A DNA stretch of 62,904 nt from Candidatus Tayloriibacteriota bacterium (GCA_009694955.1 SIBZ01000003.1:1-62904), one strand, 5' to 3'. Counted from the first letter of the stretch, positions 45,530-57,184 are shown. Notes: generated by a model from the letters alone, not told the origin. A program made the numbers and translations.

Positions 45530-46198
45530 TTTGTGAATTACTTTTGCAATCGCTCTCAATTCCAGAGACAGGTCTGCCGAAAAATAATTAATACGGCAAA
45601 CTCCCCGATAACCGGACTTTTTAGTTGGCTTTCCAATGGTGCGAGGATCAACCTGGGACTTGCAAAACCTACCTTCCGGAATTTTAGTAACTTTCTCCCA
45701 AAAGCGAGCTAGTTCAGCGATGTTTTGGTCAGCCCTGCATTGCACGGTACAGCGCAATTTTTGCTCGTCAATACTATAGCAGAAACGTAGAAGATGTAAA
45801 AACAGACTAATAATGTAGGGGTCAGAATTTCCGAAAGTGATACCCCCTTTTTGCGAGCGGGAACCCTCGGTAATGTAGAGAATAGCAAGAACAATCCTCC
45901 CCACCTTTTTGTCTTTTAATGCCTTTGCAAAACCTCTTACTCGCTCTGTAATGGAGCTAATATACAAGTGTCGCTTTTCCTTATTTACAGACCAAGCCTT
46001 CAAGCGCGATATTTCCAATGATTTCAAATTCTGCTTCTGTATTCTTTCGCGTTGGACCAAAGTTAGTTCCAGGTCTTGGAACCAGTAGGAAAGAACTCCT
46101 TTGGAGATGCCTGTTCCTAATTCTTTTTGGATTTCTGGGTACGTTTTACCCTGTTTTCTAAGCAAGACTGCAAGTTCCCGTTCTTCTATTGGTCTCAT
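45515..46198 (-). CDS. HTH plus LAGLIDADG-like homing-endonuclease-family protein, 227 aa
   Basis: N-terminal HTH (GKTYPEIQKELGTGISKGVLSYW). IVLAILYITEGSRS resembles a LAGLIDADG motif. Start moved to ATG 46198. The last 5 codons overlap the tRNA-Ala 5' end. Confidence 0.55.
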   Translation of the reverse strand: MRPIEERELAVLLRKQGKTYPEIQKELGTGISKGVLSYWFQDLELTLVQRERIQKQNLKSLEISRLKAWSVNKEKRHLYISSITERVRGFAKALKDKKVGRIVLAILYITEGSRSQKGGITFGNSDPYIISLFLHLLRFCYSIDEQKLRCTVQCRADQNIAELARFWEKVTKIPEGRFCKSQVDPRTIGKPTKKSGYRGVCRINYFSADLSLELRAIAKVIHKGPVV

Positions 46199-46291
46199 GT
46201 CAATATTGTACCATAGACCATACTCATGTGATATGAAAAAGCCGGTTGAGCTTGCGCACAACCGACCGTGTAGGACTTCATAGTACCTGAG

Positions 46292-47590
46292 CTATCTCAA
46301 ATTCAATATTGGACCGCCAATATCGCAACGAAATATCGGTCGCTCGTTTCCGAATCTAATTTCGTTTGCTGCACGATATGCTGTCAGTCTGGCTTCTTCA
46401 AGCGTTTCCGCCCAGGTGGTAAGTCCGAGGACGCGACCTCCGTTAACGACTACGTTTCCTTCTCGTAAGGTAGTTCCAGCATGGAACGGCTTCAGATTGG
46501 GGTACTGCGTCAAGGTATTAAGTCCACTGATCATCCGACCTTTCTCTTTGGAGCTGTCGCCCGGATAGCCTTTTGATGCTAAGACCACACAAACTGAGCT
46601 GCCTGGTTTCCATGTGATATCAAGATTACAAAGGTTTCCGTCGATACTTGCCTGTATGATTTCAACAAGGTCGGTTTCCAGCCGCACAAGATGTGTCTGA
46701 GCCTCGCTGTCTCCAAAGCGAGCATTGAATTCCAGAACCTTTGGACCTTGCGCAGTCAGCATAACTCCAGGATACAGAACCCCTCGGAAATCAATTCCTT
46801 CCTTTTTGCAACCAATCAACCATGGAGTCATGATGGCTTTAGCGATGTCAAGGTATTCCTCGGACGTAAGATGCGGGTCAGGAGAGACGGTTCCCATTCC
46901 TCCGGTGTTTGGACCCACTCCTGCTTCTCCGATTGACTTGTGATCCACCGAGCTGGGCATAAGTTGTGCAGTCCTTCCGTCGCAGAAGAAGTGTAGCGAG
47001 GTTTCCCGTCCCTGCAGTAATTCCTGCACTACGATGAGTTCTCCCGCGGGTCCAAGCTTCCGGATTACGGAGATTGCATCCCGTACTTCCTGTTCCGTGT
47101 GACAAACGAAAGCTCCTTTGCCAAGGGCGAGACCGTCTGCCTTCAGCACACACTGCCACCTTAGTCTCCGTGCAAACGCAAGAACGTCCGCCTCGGAGCG
47201 AAAAGATTCACCCATGGCGCAAGGTACTCCATACTGCTCGCAAAACCACTGACTCCATGCCTTAGAGCACTCAAACTTTGCTGCCCGCTGATTCTGTCCC
47301 CAGATGCGGAATCCCCCCGCCTGAAACCGGTCAACGATGCCGAGTCCGAGCGGGTCTTCCTCACTACAGATGACAAGGTCGGGCTTTTGTTCCTTCGCCA
47401 ACACCAACTGTTTCTCAACATCGGCAGGTCCTACCGGGAAGCACACAACCGCGTCACCGTTGAGGAGCTTTTCTCCCGCGATGCCTGCGTTCCCAGGAGC
47501 GCAATAAAGCGCGGTAACTTGCATCGATTGAAGCAACTTCCATACAAGAGCGTGAACACGCCCACAGCCACCGACAACATGAATTTTCAT
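46292..47590 (-). CDS. purD: Phosphoribosylamine-glycine ligase
   Basis: ATP-grasp enzyme with KADGLALGKG, GPNTGGMG and EFNARFGD motifs. Start moved to ATG 47590. Confidence 0.9.
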   Translation of the reverse strand: MKIHVVGGCGRVHALVWKLLQSMQVTALYCAPGNAGIAGEKLLNGDAVVCFPVGPADVEKQLVLAKEQKPDLVICSEEDPLGLGIVDRFQAGGFRIWGQNQRAAKFECSKAWSQWFCEQYGVPCAMGESFRSEADVLAFARRLRWQCVLKADGLALGKGAFVCHTEQEVRDAISVIRKLGPAGELIVVQELLQGRETSLHFFCDGRTAQLMPSSVDHKSIGEAGVGPNTGGMGTVSPDPHLTSEEYLDIAKAIMTPWLIGCKKEGIDFRGVLYPGVMLTAQGPKVLEFNARFGDSEAQTHLVRLETDLVEIIQASIDGNLCNLDITWKPGSSVCVVLASKGYPGDSSKEKGRMISGLNTLTQYPNLKPFHAGTTLREGNVVVNGGRVLGLTTWAETLEEARLTAYRAANEIRFGNERPIFRCDIGGPILNLR

Positions 47591-47653
47591 AAGAGCTTTC
47601 GATCCTTCATTGGTTGAATTTCTGTTCGACACTCACTCTAGCCCAGCTGGCAG

Positions 47654-47686
47654 AAAAAGAAAAGCCGGACGATTTCCGGCTTTCTT
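47654..47686. terminator. A-rich / hairpin / T-rich bidirectional terminator candidate
   Basis: gccgga (47664..47669) pairs with tccggc (47675..47680), flanked by aaaaagaaaa and tttctt. Confidence 0.5.
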
Positions 47687-47714
47687 ATAGGCTAATTCGC
47701 ACGAATTAGCCTAT
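47687..47714. repeat. Perfect 28-bp palindrome ataggctaattcg-ca-cgaattagcctat
   Basis: Arms of 13 bp are read directly from the sequence. Confidence 0.9.
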
Positions 47715-47792
47715 GGGCGAGACCTCTTTTATTATGTAAAGCAAACTCTATTTTCTTATTCGGCGAATAGGAAAATGAACGAGAAGAAGCCG

Positions 47793-48043
47793 CTATCTCA
47801 AAAGAATTGTGGGTCGGCTATCACCCGATACCTCCATAAACCCGCCAGCAATTTCAAATGTTTTCGGCTTGTCTTCGAAATTCGCGCGGATAGTTTCTTT
47901 CGCAAGATGCGACACGAGTGGAACGTATGCGGAAGCACGGCAATTTCACCCGACTTGGTGGGCATAGTAACGGAATCAACGTAGTAGTTGTACACGACTT
48001 CTTTGAGAGAGACGATTTTGAGTTGGAGTCCCGTAGCCGTTTT
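47793..48043 (-). pseudogene. Relic of a second ATP synthase epsilon (atpC-like) N-terminal domain; no start codon and one frameshift
   Basis: Hand translation gives ..LQLKIVSLKEVVYNYYVDSVTMPTKSGEIAVLPH, then a -1 shift, then YVPLVSHLAKETIRANFEDKPKTFEIAGGFMEVSGDSRPTILLR-stop. It aligns with the genuine atpC N-domain at 48924..49370. Confidence 0.5.
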
Positions 48044-48047
48044 TTAG

Positions 48048-48767
48048 CTAGATTTTAGGGTTCGCACACATGTTAATAAGTTGCTGTCCTCGGATGGGAC
48101 CAAAGTCGGATAAGATGTTGTTATCCTCCCCTTTGATATACTTGCAACCAACAAGATTGCCTGCGCCCAGCATTTCTTCACCCACCAGATATTCACATCT
48201 TTTTACCTCAGATGTGTCTAACATTTGGGAGCAAGCGACCGGGTCCATCTTCTTTTTAGCCTTGTCAATGACACAAATACGCTGTTCCGAATCTCTAGAT
48301 TCCCCAAGAGAGACGTTGACCCGACAGTCGGTCACGGCTAGGACAAATTTTGAAGCGTAACTATACGACACAGAGAATAAAATAGTGAGCACACCTGCAG
48401 TTACTACAGCTCCGAGCAAGGCCTTTAGGGACGAAGTATCAGCTCCGAGTCTTTTTCTGGCTGCTAAGAAAAGCCCAGCCACCACTGTAGTGATCAGTAG
48501 CGCGAATACAGCGAACCAAAACATTTTCCTGATGTCGTAATCAGCAATCCAGAAATTGGTTGCCAGTGCATACATAAGCGCGACTACGAGGGCCACAAAA
48601 AATCGGGAGGAACCGCTATTTCTAAACGGAAAAAGAATTAAAATCTGAAGTAAGAGTGCCAGAAGTCCCGCAACTGCTATTCCTGCAAATATAGGCAACC
48701 AACCACCCCCATCAGCTTGTGTGATGATAGGTACACTAAAGAGTGCCAAAAACAAAATAAATTTCAT
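48048..48767 (-). CDS. Membrane protein with signal-like N-terminus, about five TM segments and a Cys-containing C-terminal domain, 239 aa
   Basis: ORF track. Confidence 0.6.
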   Translation of the reverse strand: MKFILFLALFSVPIITQADGGGWLPIFAGIAVAGLLALLLQILILFPFRNSGSSRFFVALVVALMYALATNFWIADYDIRKMFWFAVFALLITTVVAGLFLAARKRLGADTSSLKALLGAVVTAGVLTILFSVSYSYASKFVLAVTDCRVNVSLGESRDSEQRICVIDKAKKKMDPVACSQMLDTSEVKRCEYLVGEEMLGAGNLVGCKYIKGEDNNILSDFGPIRGQQLINMCANPKI

Positions 48768-48923
48768 AAAATTACTGGAGTAACGATTTTAGACCGTATC
48801 AGGATGATTTTTAGAACGATTGCAAAACTTCTCATACTTGAAACAATAACTACTTACTACTAGCTGCTAACCTCGTCAATCGCTCCTTCATTTTAGAACA
48901 CAACCTCCGGCTTGTCATCATAC

Positions 48924-49370
48924 TTACCCTCGGTACTTTTTAGAGCGCCACTTGTCCGCAATGCGGACACGAGTGAGAGAGCGTTCCAGTTCGGCGGCGA
49001 AGTGTTCGTAGTCCACATGCTCGGTATTTTCCATTTGCTTGCGTAGTTCCTCCGCGCGGGCCTTGGCTTTTACAATCGCCTCGTCGGAAAGTTCGGAAAC
49101 GTGCTCGGCAAAGTCGGCGAGAACGGCGACGGTTGTCTGCCCTTTCTCATCTTTTTTTACTTCTACAAACCCACCTGCGACCGCCCACGGCATATGTTCG
49201 CCGTTTGCGAAGGCTACAACATCACCTGAAGAGAGTCCCGCAATAAGCGGAATGTGGCCGGGCAAAACAGTCAACTCACCCTCGGTGGTTGGAAAAGTCA
49301 CTTGATCGACGTCTTCCTCAAGGATGAGACGTTCCGGAGTGACGATTTTTAGTTTTAGTTTCTTAGTCAT
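48924..49370 (-). CDS. atpC: F1 ATP synthase epsilon subunit
   Basis: LKIVTPE...FPTTEGELTVLPGHIPL....GGFVEV plus a helical C-terminal domain. Confidence 0.9.
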   Translation of the reverse strand: MTKKLKLKIVTPERLILEEDVDQVTFPTTEGELTVLPGHIPLIAGLSSGDVVAFANGEHMPWAVAGGFVEVKKDEKGQTTVAVLADFAEHVSELSDEAIVKAKARAEELRKQMENTEHVDYEHFAAELERSLTRVRIADKWRSKKYRG

Positions 49371-49595
49371 TTAATTTGTTTTCGGTGTCCACTTTGCGAA
49401 ATTACATGCATTTCCCTGCGCTTTATCGTTAAAGGTTACCGGTCCGCCACATTCAAATACACAGTTCCGCCCAGTTTTTTCTGTACACTCTGCTTCAGAT
49501 TCAAACCCCAGAGGTTTCGAGAAGAAAGATTTGTAAGCATAAAAACCAGTTGCAATGACGATAATTATGAACAGTGTTATAAGTATTTTTTTCAT
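49371..49595 (-). CDS. Small Cys-rich exported or membrane-anchored protein inserted between atpD and atpC, 74 aa
   Basis: ORF track. N-terminal hydrophobic segment and five Cys. Its stop directly abuts the atpC ATG (TAA then ATG). Confidence 0.55.
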   Translation of the reverse strand: MKKILITLFIIIVIATGFYAYKSFFSKPLGFESEAECTEKTGRNCVFECGGPVTFNDKAQGNACNFAKWTPKTN

Positions 49596-49625
49596 TTCTT
49601 TCTCAGAATCTAAAAGCGAGCAGTT

Positions 49626-51943
<2,318 letters not shown>

Positions 51944-51950
51944 TTAATAA

Positions 51951-53450
51951 TTACTTAAAATTTGACTTAAACTCTGCGATTACTTTCTTCAACTCAGCTT
52001 CGCCGGCATCGGTCCACATTTTGGTCTCGAGGATTTCTTTGAAGAATAGCTTTGCGTTTGACTCCGTGTAATCAATAAGACCGGCCTCAAATTCCTTGAT
52101 TTTGGCCACAGGAACATCGTCCATGAAGCCTTTGACCAGTGCGTAGAGAGTAACGACTTGGTGTTCGGTTTTCACCGGAGCATATTGTGGTTGCTTCAAA
52201 ACTTCCACGGCGCGTTTGCCTCGTTCCAATTGTTTCTTGGTGCTTTCGTCGAGGTCCGAACCGAATTGTGAGAACGCTTCAAGCTCACGATACTGGGCAA
52301 GTTCGAGCTTCAATGTCCCGGACACTTTCTTCATGGCTTTAATCTGGGCGCTTGAGCCGACGCGAGACACCGAGAGGCCGACGTTAACGGCGGGGCGGAT
52401 ACCTTTGTAGAACAGGTCTGTTTCGAGGAAAATCTGACCGTCGGTGATGGAGATGACGTTCGTCGGAATGTAGGCGGAGACGTCACCGGCTTGGGTTTCG
52501 ATAATCGGCAGAGCTGTGATTGAACCGCCTCCGTATTTTGCGTTTCGCCGGCAAGCACGTTCCAAAAGGCGGGAGTGGAGATAGAAAACATCTCCAGGGT
52601 AGGCTTCACGGCCAGGTGGTCGGCGAAGAAGCAAAGAGATCTCACGATAGGCGACAGCGTGCTTAGAAAGATCATCGTAAATGATGAGTACGTCCTTTCC
52701 CTGGTCCATAAAGTATTCGGCAATAGAAACTCCTGTGTAAGGAGCGATGTATGAAAGTGCGGAGCTCTCGGACGAACCGGCGGAAACGATGACTGTGTAC
52801 TCCATTGCGCCACCTTCCTCCAGACGAGTCTGAAGTTTGCGAAGTTTGGAATCTTTCTGGCCGATAGAGACATACACACAAATCATGTTCTGGCCTTTCT
52901 GGTTCAAAATCGCATCGATAGCAATAGCTGTCTTTCCTGTCTGACGATCACCAATGATGAGCTCACGTTGGCCACGACCGATCGGAATCAAGGCATCGAT
53001 AGCTTTGATTCCTGTCTGTACCGCTTGGTCGACTCCTTGCCTCGTGACGACGCCAGGGGCCACCTTCTCAATTGGATAGGTCTTATCAGATTTAATCGCG
53101 GCTTTACCGTCGATAGGTTCAGCAAGTGCATTTAAAACACGGCCAATGACCGCATCACTGACAGGGATTTCAAGAATGCGTCCTGTAGCTTTCACCTCAT
53201 CGCCCTCGTGAATATGTGTAAAATCGCCAAGAATGATGACACCTACAGAATCCTCTTCCAGGTTGAGAGTCACACCGACTTCACCGTTTGGAAAGGTGAC
53301 CATTTCTGACGCCTTAATGTCGGAGAGTCCTGAAATTTTCGCGATGCCGTCGAAGACTTCCACGACATGCCCAACCTTTTCTGCCTTGATGTCGGATTGA
53401 AACTTCTCGATTTGCTTGCGCAAGTTTTCTACAATGGTGTTGTTAGACAT
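51951..53450 (-). CDS. atpA: F1 ATP synthase alpha subunit
   Basis: GDRQTGKTA Walker A and YDDLSKHA motifs. Confidence 0.97.
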   Translation of the reverse strand: MSNNTIVENLRKQIEKFQSDIKAEKVGHVVEVFDGIAKISGLSDIKASEMVTFPNGEVGVTLNLEEDSVGVIILGDFTHIHEGDEVKATGRILEIPVSDAVIGRVLNALAEPIDGKAAIKSDKTYPIEKVAPGVVTRQGVDQAVQTGIKAIDALIPIGRGQRELIIGDRQTGKTAIAIDAILNQKGQNMICVYVSIGQKDSKLRKLQTRLEEGGAMEYTVIVSAGSSESSALSYIAPYTGVSIAEYFMDQGKDVLIIYDDLSKHAVAYREISLLLRRPPGREAYPGDVFYLHSRLLERACRRNAKYGGGSITALPIIETQAGDVSAYIPTNVISITDGQIFLETDLFYKGIRPAVNVGLSVSRVGSSAQIKAMKKVSGTLKLELAQYRELEAFSQFGSDLDESTKKQLERGKRAVEVLKQPQYAPVKTEHQVVTLYALVKGFMDDVPVAKIKEFEAGLIDYTESNAKLFFKEILETKMWTDAGEAELKKVIAEFKSNFK

Positions 53451-53856
53451 GGTGGTGTAATAAATAACTTTGGAGCTGGCTTAACTTATTTCGAAGTGAG
53501 AGGTCTATAATTTCGCCGTTTGCTTCTATCTTGATACCTCCGATAAGAGACTGATCTTCGTGTGTTTTAAGGGTGATATCGGAAGCGTTGTAGCGAGCCT
53601 TTAAAGTTTTTCTAATATCGGCAAGGGTTTCTTTCGTAAGTATGCTACGGCTGGTAACTTCTGCGCTTACAATGCCAAGATCTTTGTTCTGTATTTCCTC
53701 CAATCGTCCGAGAATCTCCGGTGCCTTAGAGAGAAGTCTGCTCTTCGAGAGCATCTCCACCGCACTCCCAAGCGCTCGGTCGAGCTCGCCTCCACTCTTG
53801 CCCTTGGCCACATGATAGATTGCCTCGGCAATATGTTTAGTAGAAATCTTCGCCAT
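53443..53856 (-). CDS. atpH: F1 ATP synthase delta subunit (short, 137 aa)
   Basis: Position between atpF and atpA, 8-nt overlap with atpA, and an OSCP-like C-terminal GGIKI...G..IDLS pattern. Confidence 0.78.
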   Translation of the reverse strand: MAKISTKHIAEAIYHVAKGKSGGELDRALGSAVEMLSKSRLLSKAPEILGRLEEIQNKDLGIVSAEVTSRSILTKETLADIRKTLKARYNASDITLKTHEDQSLIGGIKIEANGEIIDLSLRNKLSQLQSYLLHHHV

Positions 53857-53870
53857 AGTATATATGTCGT

Positions 53871-54365
53871 TTACGCTATCTTTCCTAGCTCAGCTGCCGA
53901 CTTCGTACTCGCGGAAATGTCCACCTTATCATCGAGTACTTTTTTCGTAGCGGCAACAACTAGAGCAACCACTTCCCTTTTGGCATCCTCAACCATTCGT
54001 ACTTTTTCAGCCTCAAGTGTTTTCTTCCCGCTCTCTATCATTGCCTTAACCTCGACCTTAGCAGATTCGAGCATTTCAGCACGTTTTACCTCTGCCTCCT
54101 TCTTGCCAGTCTGAAAAATCGCAGTAGCCTCGGCTCGTGCTTTCGAAAGAGCGGTCTCGTACTCGGCCTTTGTTGCCTCAAGAAGCTGGGCGTTCGCCTT
54201 GGCATCGGCGATACCTCTACCAATCTTCTCGGAACGTTCTGCCATCAACTTATTCAAGGGTTTAAGCGCGAACAGGTAGAGTACGATGAAAACCACGGCA
54301 AAGTTCACCGCTTGAGCGATAATAATTTTCCAGTCTATGTGAAATGTGGCGATTATTGATTCCAT
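53871..54365 (-). CDS. atpF: Fo ATP synthase subunit b
   Basis: One N-terminal TM segment followed by a long charged helix. Start moved to ATG 54365. Confidence 0.85.
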   Translation of the reverse strand: MESIIATFHIDWKIIIAQAVNFAVVFIVLYLFALKPLNKLMAERSEKIGRGIADAKANAQLLEATKAEYETALSKARAEATAIFQTGKKEAEVKRAEMLESAKVEVKAMIESGKKTLEAEKVRMVEDAKREVVALVVAATKKVLDDKVDISASTKSAAELGKIA

Positions 54366-54469
54366 GGAGCGAGGTATGAATGAAGAATTATCTATACAAC
54401 AAATAAATTGGGCTACGAGCGGCCAGTAAAAAAGATTCAAGGAGTTTCCTTAAATCTTTTAACTGTCAA

Positions 54470-54691
<222 letters not shown>

Positions 54692-54760
54692 TTACCTAAT
54701 AATTATTTGACCTCTGCTTTCTGGTATCTACTCTAAATACCAAAAGGTAACTTTCAAATA

Positions 54761-55657
54761 TTACACATGCGCGGTGTGGTGTTCTGTACCTTCTTCAGAA
54801 TGTTCATCGTGATCTTGTGCAGCAATGGTGAAGTATACGAGGACAAGAATGGAGAAAATAAGCGCTTGAATGAGCCCCACGAAGATTTCCAGAAAAAGGA
54901 ACGGGATAGGAAGAAGAAACGGCAGAATTTTGCTCATCGCCATGAGGAGCACCTCCCCCGCGAAGACGTTTCCAAACAATCGAAACGAGAGGGACGCGAT
55001 CTTGGCGAATTCGCCGATGAGCTCCAAGAGGCCGACAAAGAACGTGACAGGAGCTACCACGAGCACTGTAGGCTCTTTCGAGACCTTAGTGAAGATACTC
55101 AAGAGCGCTTTCAGGTTAACATATTTGTTGAAAGTCTTCCATATTCCGAGGGAGAAAATACCGAAAAGGTTTGCACTCACAACTGCCATGATTGCCAATG
55201 CAATAGTGGTGTTAATATCAGCCGTACCACTTCGTAAAAACGGAATAAACGATAAGCCATGCTCACCTGTTTCTATAATTCCAAATCCACCCACAGGAAG
55301 AAGGCCAAGCCAGTTGTTTACCAAAATAAAAAGGAATACGGAAATTGCCAAGGGAAAGACTTTGGCCGAGATTTTTCTGCTATTGGTGACTTGATCGCAG
55401 AGCTGAAGTGCTCCTTCAACCAGGACCTCAAAGAAATTCTGAATTCCTCGTGGAACTTCCCGTAGCTTCAAGCGAATGACAACAGCAATGAAAGCAATGA
55501 CAATAACCGCTCCGGTACTCGTCAGGAGCGCGTTTGTAACATGAAAGGAGCCGACATCGGTGACTTTCTCGGCATAGAGCGTCGTCTCATGCTTCACCTG
55601 AGGCTCCGCTTGATATTGAATAGCATCTATTTGATTTTCAGTATTATTTTGGTCCAT
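54761..55657 (-). CDS. atpB: Fo ATP synthase subunit a
   Basis: LSFRLFGNVFAGE motif with the essential Arg. Start moved to ATG 55657. Confidence 0.9.
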   Translation of the reverse strand: MDQNNTENQIDAIQYQAEPQVKHETTLYAEKVTDVGSFHVTNALLTSTGAVIVIAFIAVVIRLKLREVPRGIQNFFEVLVEGALQLCDQVTNSRKISAKVFPLAISVFLFILVNNWLGLLPVGGFGIIETGEHGLSFIPFLRSGTADINTTIALAIMAVVSANLFGIFSLGIWKTFNKYVNLKALLSIFTKVSKEPTVLVVAPVTFFVGLLELIGEFAKIASLSFRLFGNVFAGEVLLMAMSKILPFLLPIPFLFLEIFVGLIQALIFSILVLVYFTIAAQDHDEHSEEGTEHHTAHV

Positions 55658-55934
55658 TACTTTTTTCACTCTCCTTTCTGACCTCTTCCATATAGGAGTA
55701 GGCTGTACGAACAATTCCGAATGTAGAAACGGCAAACCCTACACAGGTAGAGACAATAAATATCCACGGCTCAGTAGCAAAATGCGTATCAAGATTTTTG
55801 CCTATAATGAGTGACAGAACGAGCGGAACAACAATCCAACCTGAGATCTGACTGAAGACTTTAAGGGCTGGTTTCCACCATGGTCCACTTTTCGTATCAC
55901 TCTCTTGCACGTGGTGCAGTATAGCTGAAATCAT
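55644..55934 (-). CDS. AtpZ/AtpI-like small membrane protein preceding the ATP synthase genes
   Basis: Two TM segments, first position in the operon, 14-nt overlap with atpB. ATG 55934 preferred over the TTG at 55946. Confidence 0.5.
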   Translation of the reverse strand: MISAILHHVQESDTKSGPWWKPALKVFSQISGWIVVPLVLSLIIGKNLDTHFATEPWIFIVSTCVGFAVSTFGIVRTAYSYMEEVRKESEKSNGPK

Positions 55935-55947
55935 CAGCAACGGCAAT

Positions 55948-55975
55948 AAAAAAGCCGGAGGGGTGCGCCTCCGGC
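55948..55975 (-). terminator. Intrinsic terminator between the GRDP-like gene and the atp operon
   Basis: gccggagg / cctccggc 8-bp stem followed on the minus strand by T6. Confidence 0.7.
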
Positions 55976-55998
55976 AGGGTCAAAATTTCGATCCGTTC

Positions 55999-56505
55999 TC
56001 AACCGCATTTTGCTCCGTCATCGAGTTTGTCGCTAAGGTCTCCGTCGTGGTTAACGGCCTCCGCCATCTCGTAGGCCTCACCGAACGTGGCCTCGTAGAG
56101 CTGCTTAGTCTGAGCGTACAGGATTCTGAACTCCGCCTCATCGCCCTGTGAACCAAGGTATGGAAAGTGGTGGAGGTAAAAACCGAATATTTGCTCGCAA
56201 TCTCTCGCATACTTCAGCGTATCCAGGATATGGCAATGCCAGAATATGTCCACTCCGCCATTCGGAATGATTATTGCTCCCGTACTACCGCACAAAATGA
56301 GAAAGTTCCGGTAACGTCTCTCGTGGAAGTTCAGAATTTCGTCCCTCCACTTGTGTCTTTGAGCGATGGTGACGCGTATGCATTCGAGATCAAGTGCGCT
56401 GATGGTGGTTCTAAGTTCGTCTGAGGTTCTTTGAGCTTTTCTGTATATCTTGCGGTTTGGGATCATTCTTGTCCTTTTGTTAGGAGCCACGCGAGACAAT
56501 AACAT
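55999..56505 (-). CDS. GRDP-like (DUF1399-type) protein, 168 aa
   Basis: VDIFWHCHILDTLKYARDC..HHFPY resembles the D..WH.H.L.P..Y..DC signature of glycine-rich-domain-protein-like families (recalled from memory). Confidence 0.5.
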   Translation of the reverse strand: MLLSRVAPNKRTRMIPNRKIYRKAQRTSDELRTTISALDLECIRVTIAQRHKWRDEILNFHERRYRNFLILCGSTGAIIIPNGGVDIFWHCHILDTLKYARDCEQIFGFYLHHFPYLGSQGDEAEFRILYAQTKQLYEATFGEAYEMAEAVNHDGDLSDKLDDGAKCG

Positions 56506-56512
56506 ATGTTAT

Positions 56513-57184
56513 CTATCTAAGCAATGCTCTGCTCTCACGAAGCATCCTTACTCCCGCATACACTGCTGGGGTTATAAGGATGGCAAAGGCGATTTTAAGC
56601 AGAAAATACGGAATAATCATTTTGATAACGAACAATGCGTCAAATTTTGGAGTCATCATGTAGAACGCAATGAACATGAATACGGTCGTATCCACGAGTT
56701 CCGAAGCGAATGTTGAGACGTTGGTGCGAATCCAAAGATACTTTCCCTGGGTCATTTTGCGAACCCGGTCAAAGATAAGTACATCCTGAAGTTGGGCCAA
56801 CCCAAATGCGACGATACTCGCGATGATGATACGAAGTGACGAGCCGAAAATTGTGCGGTAAGCATCGTCCGCGGCAAAACGAACATTCGGTGCCAACGTC
56901 ACAAAAATCGCCGAGTAAATCATCAGCAGTACGAGCGTTATCATACCCGCCAGCGTAAGCTGACGTGTGAACTTTTTCCCATAGAGCTCAGTTGAGATAT
57001 CGGTGATAGCGAAGGTCAGCGGTACCATGAAAACGGCCACTGAACCGACGACCCCGAAGATGGTAATGATTTTCCCGCCAAGTAGGTTCATTCCTACCAG
57101 CATTCCGATGAAAACACTAACGAGAGTGAGGAGCTTGAAATCAGCTTCAGGCTTTTGCTCGACAGAAATTATTTCTTGATTCAT
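56513..57184 (-). CDS. yhhQ: Queuosine-precursor transporter family protein (YhhQ/DUF165, VUT family)
   Basis: Six TM segments, FAITDISTELYG and DT.VF..IAF motifs. Confidence 0.8.
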   Translation of the reverse strand: MNQEIISVEQKPEADFKLLTLVSVFIGMLVGMNLLGGKIITIFGVVGSVAVFMVPLTFAITDISTELYGKKFTRQLTLAGMITLVLLMIYSAIFVTLAPNVRFAADDAYRTIFGSSLRIIIASIVAFGLAQLQDVLIFDRVRKMTQGKYLWIRTNVSTFASELVDTTVFMFIAFYMMTPKFDALFVIKMIIPYFLLKIAFAILITPAVYAGVRMLRESRALLR

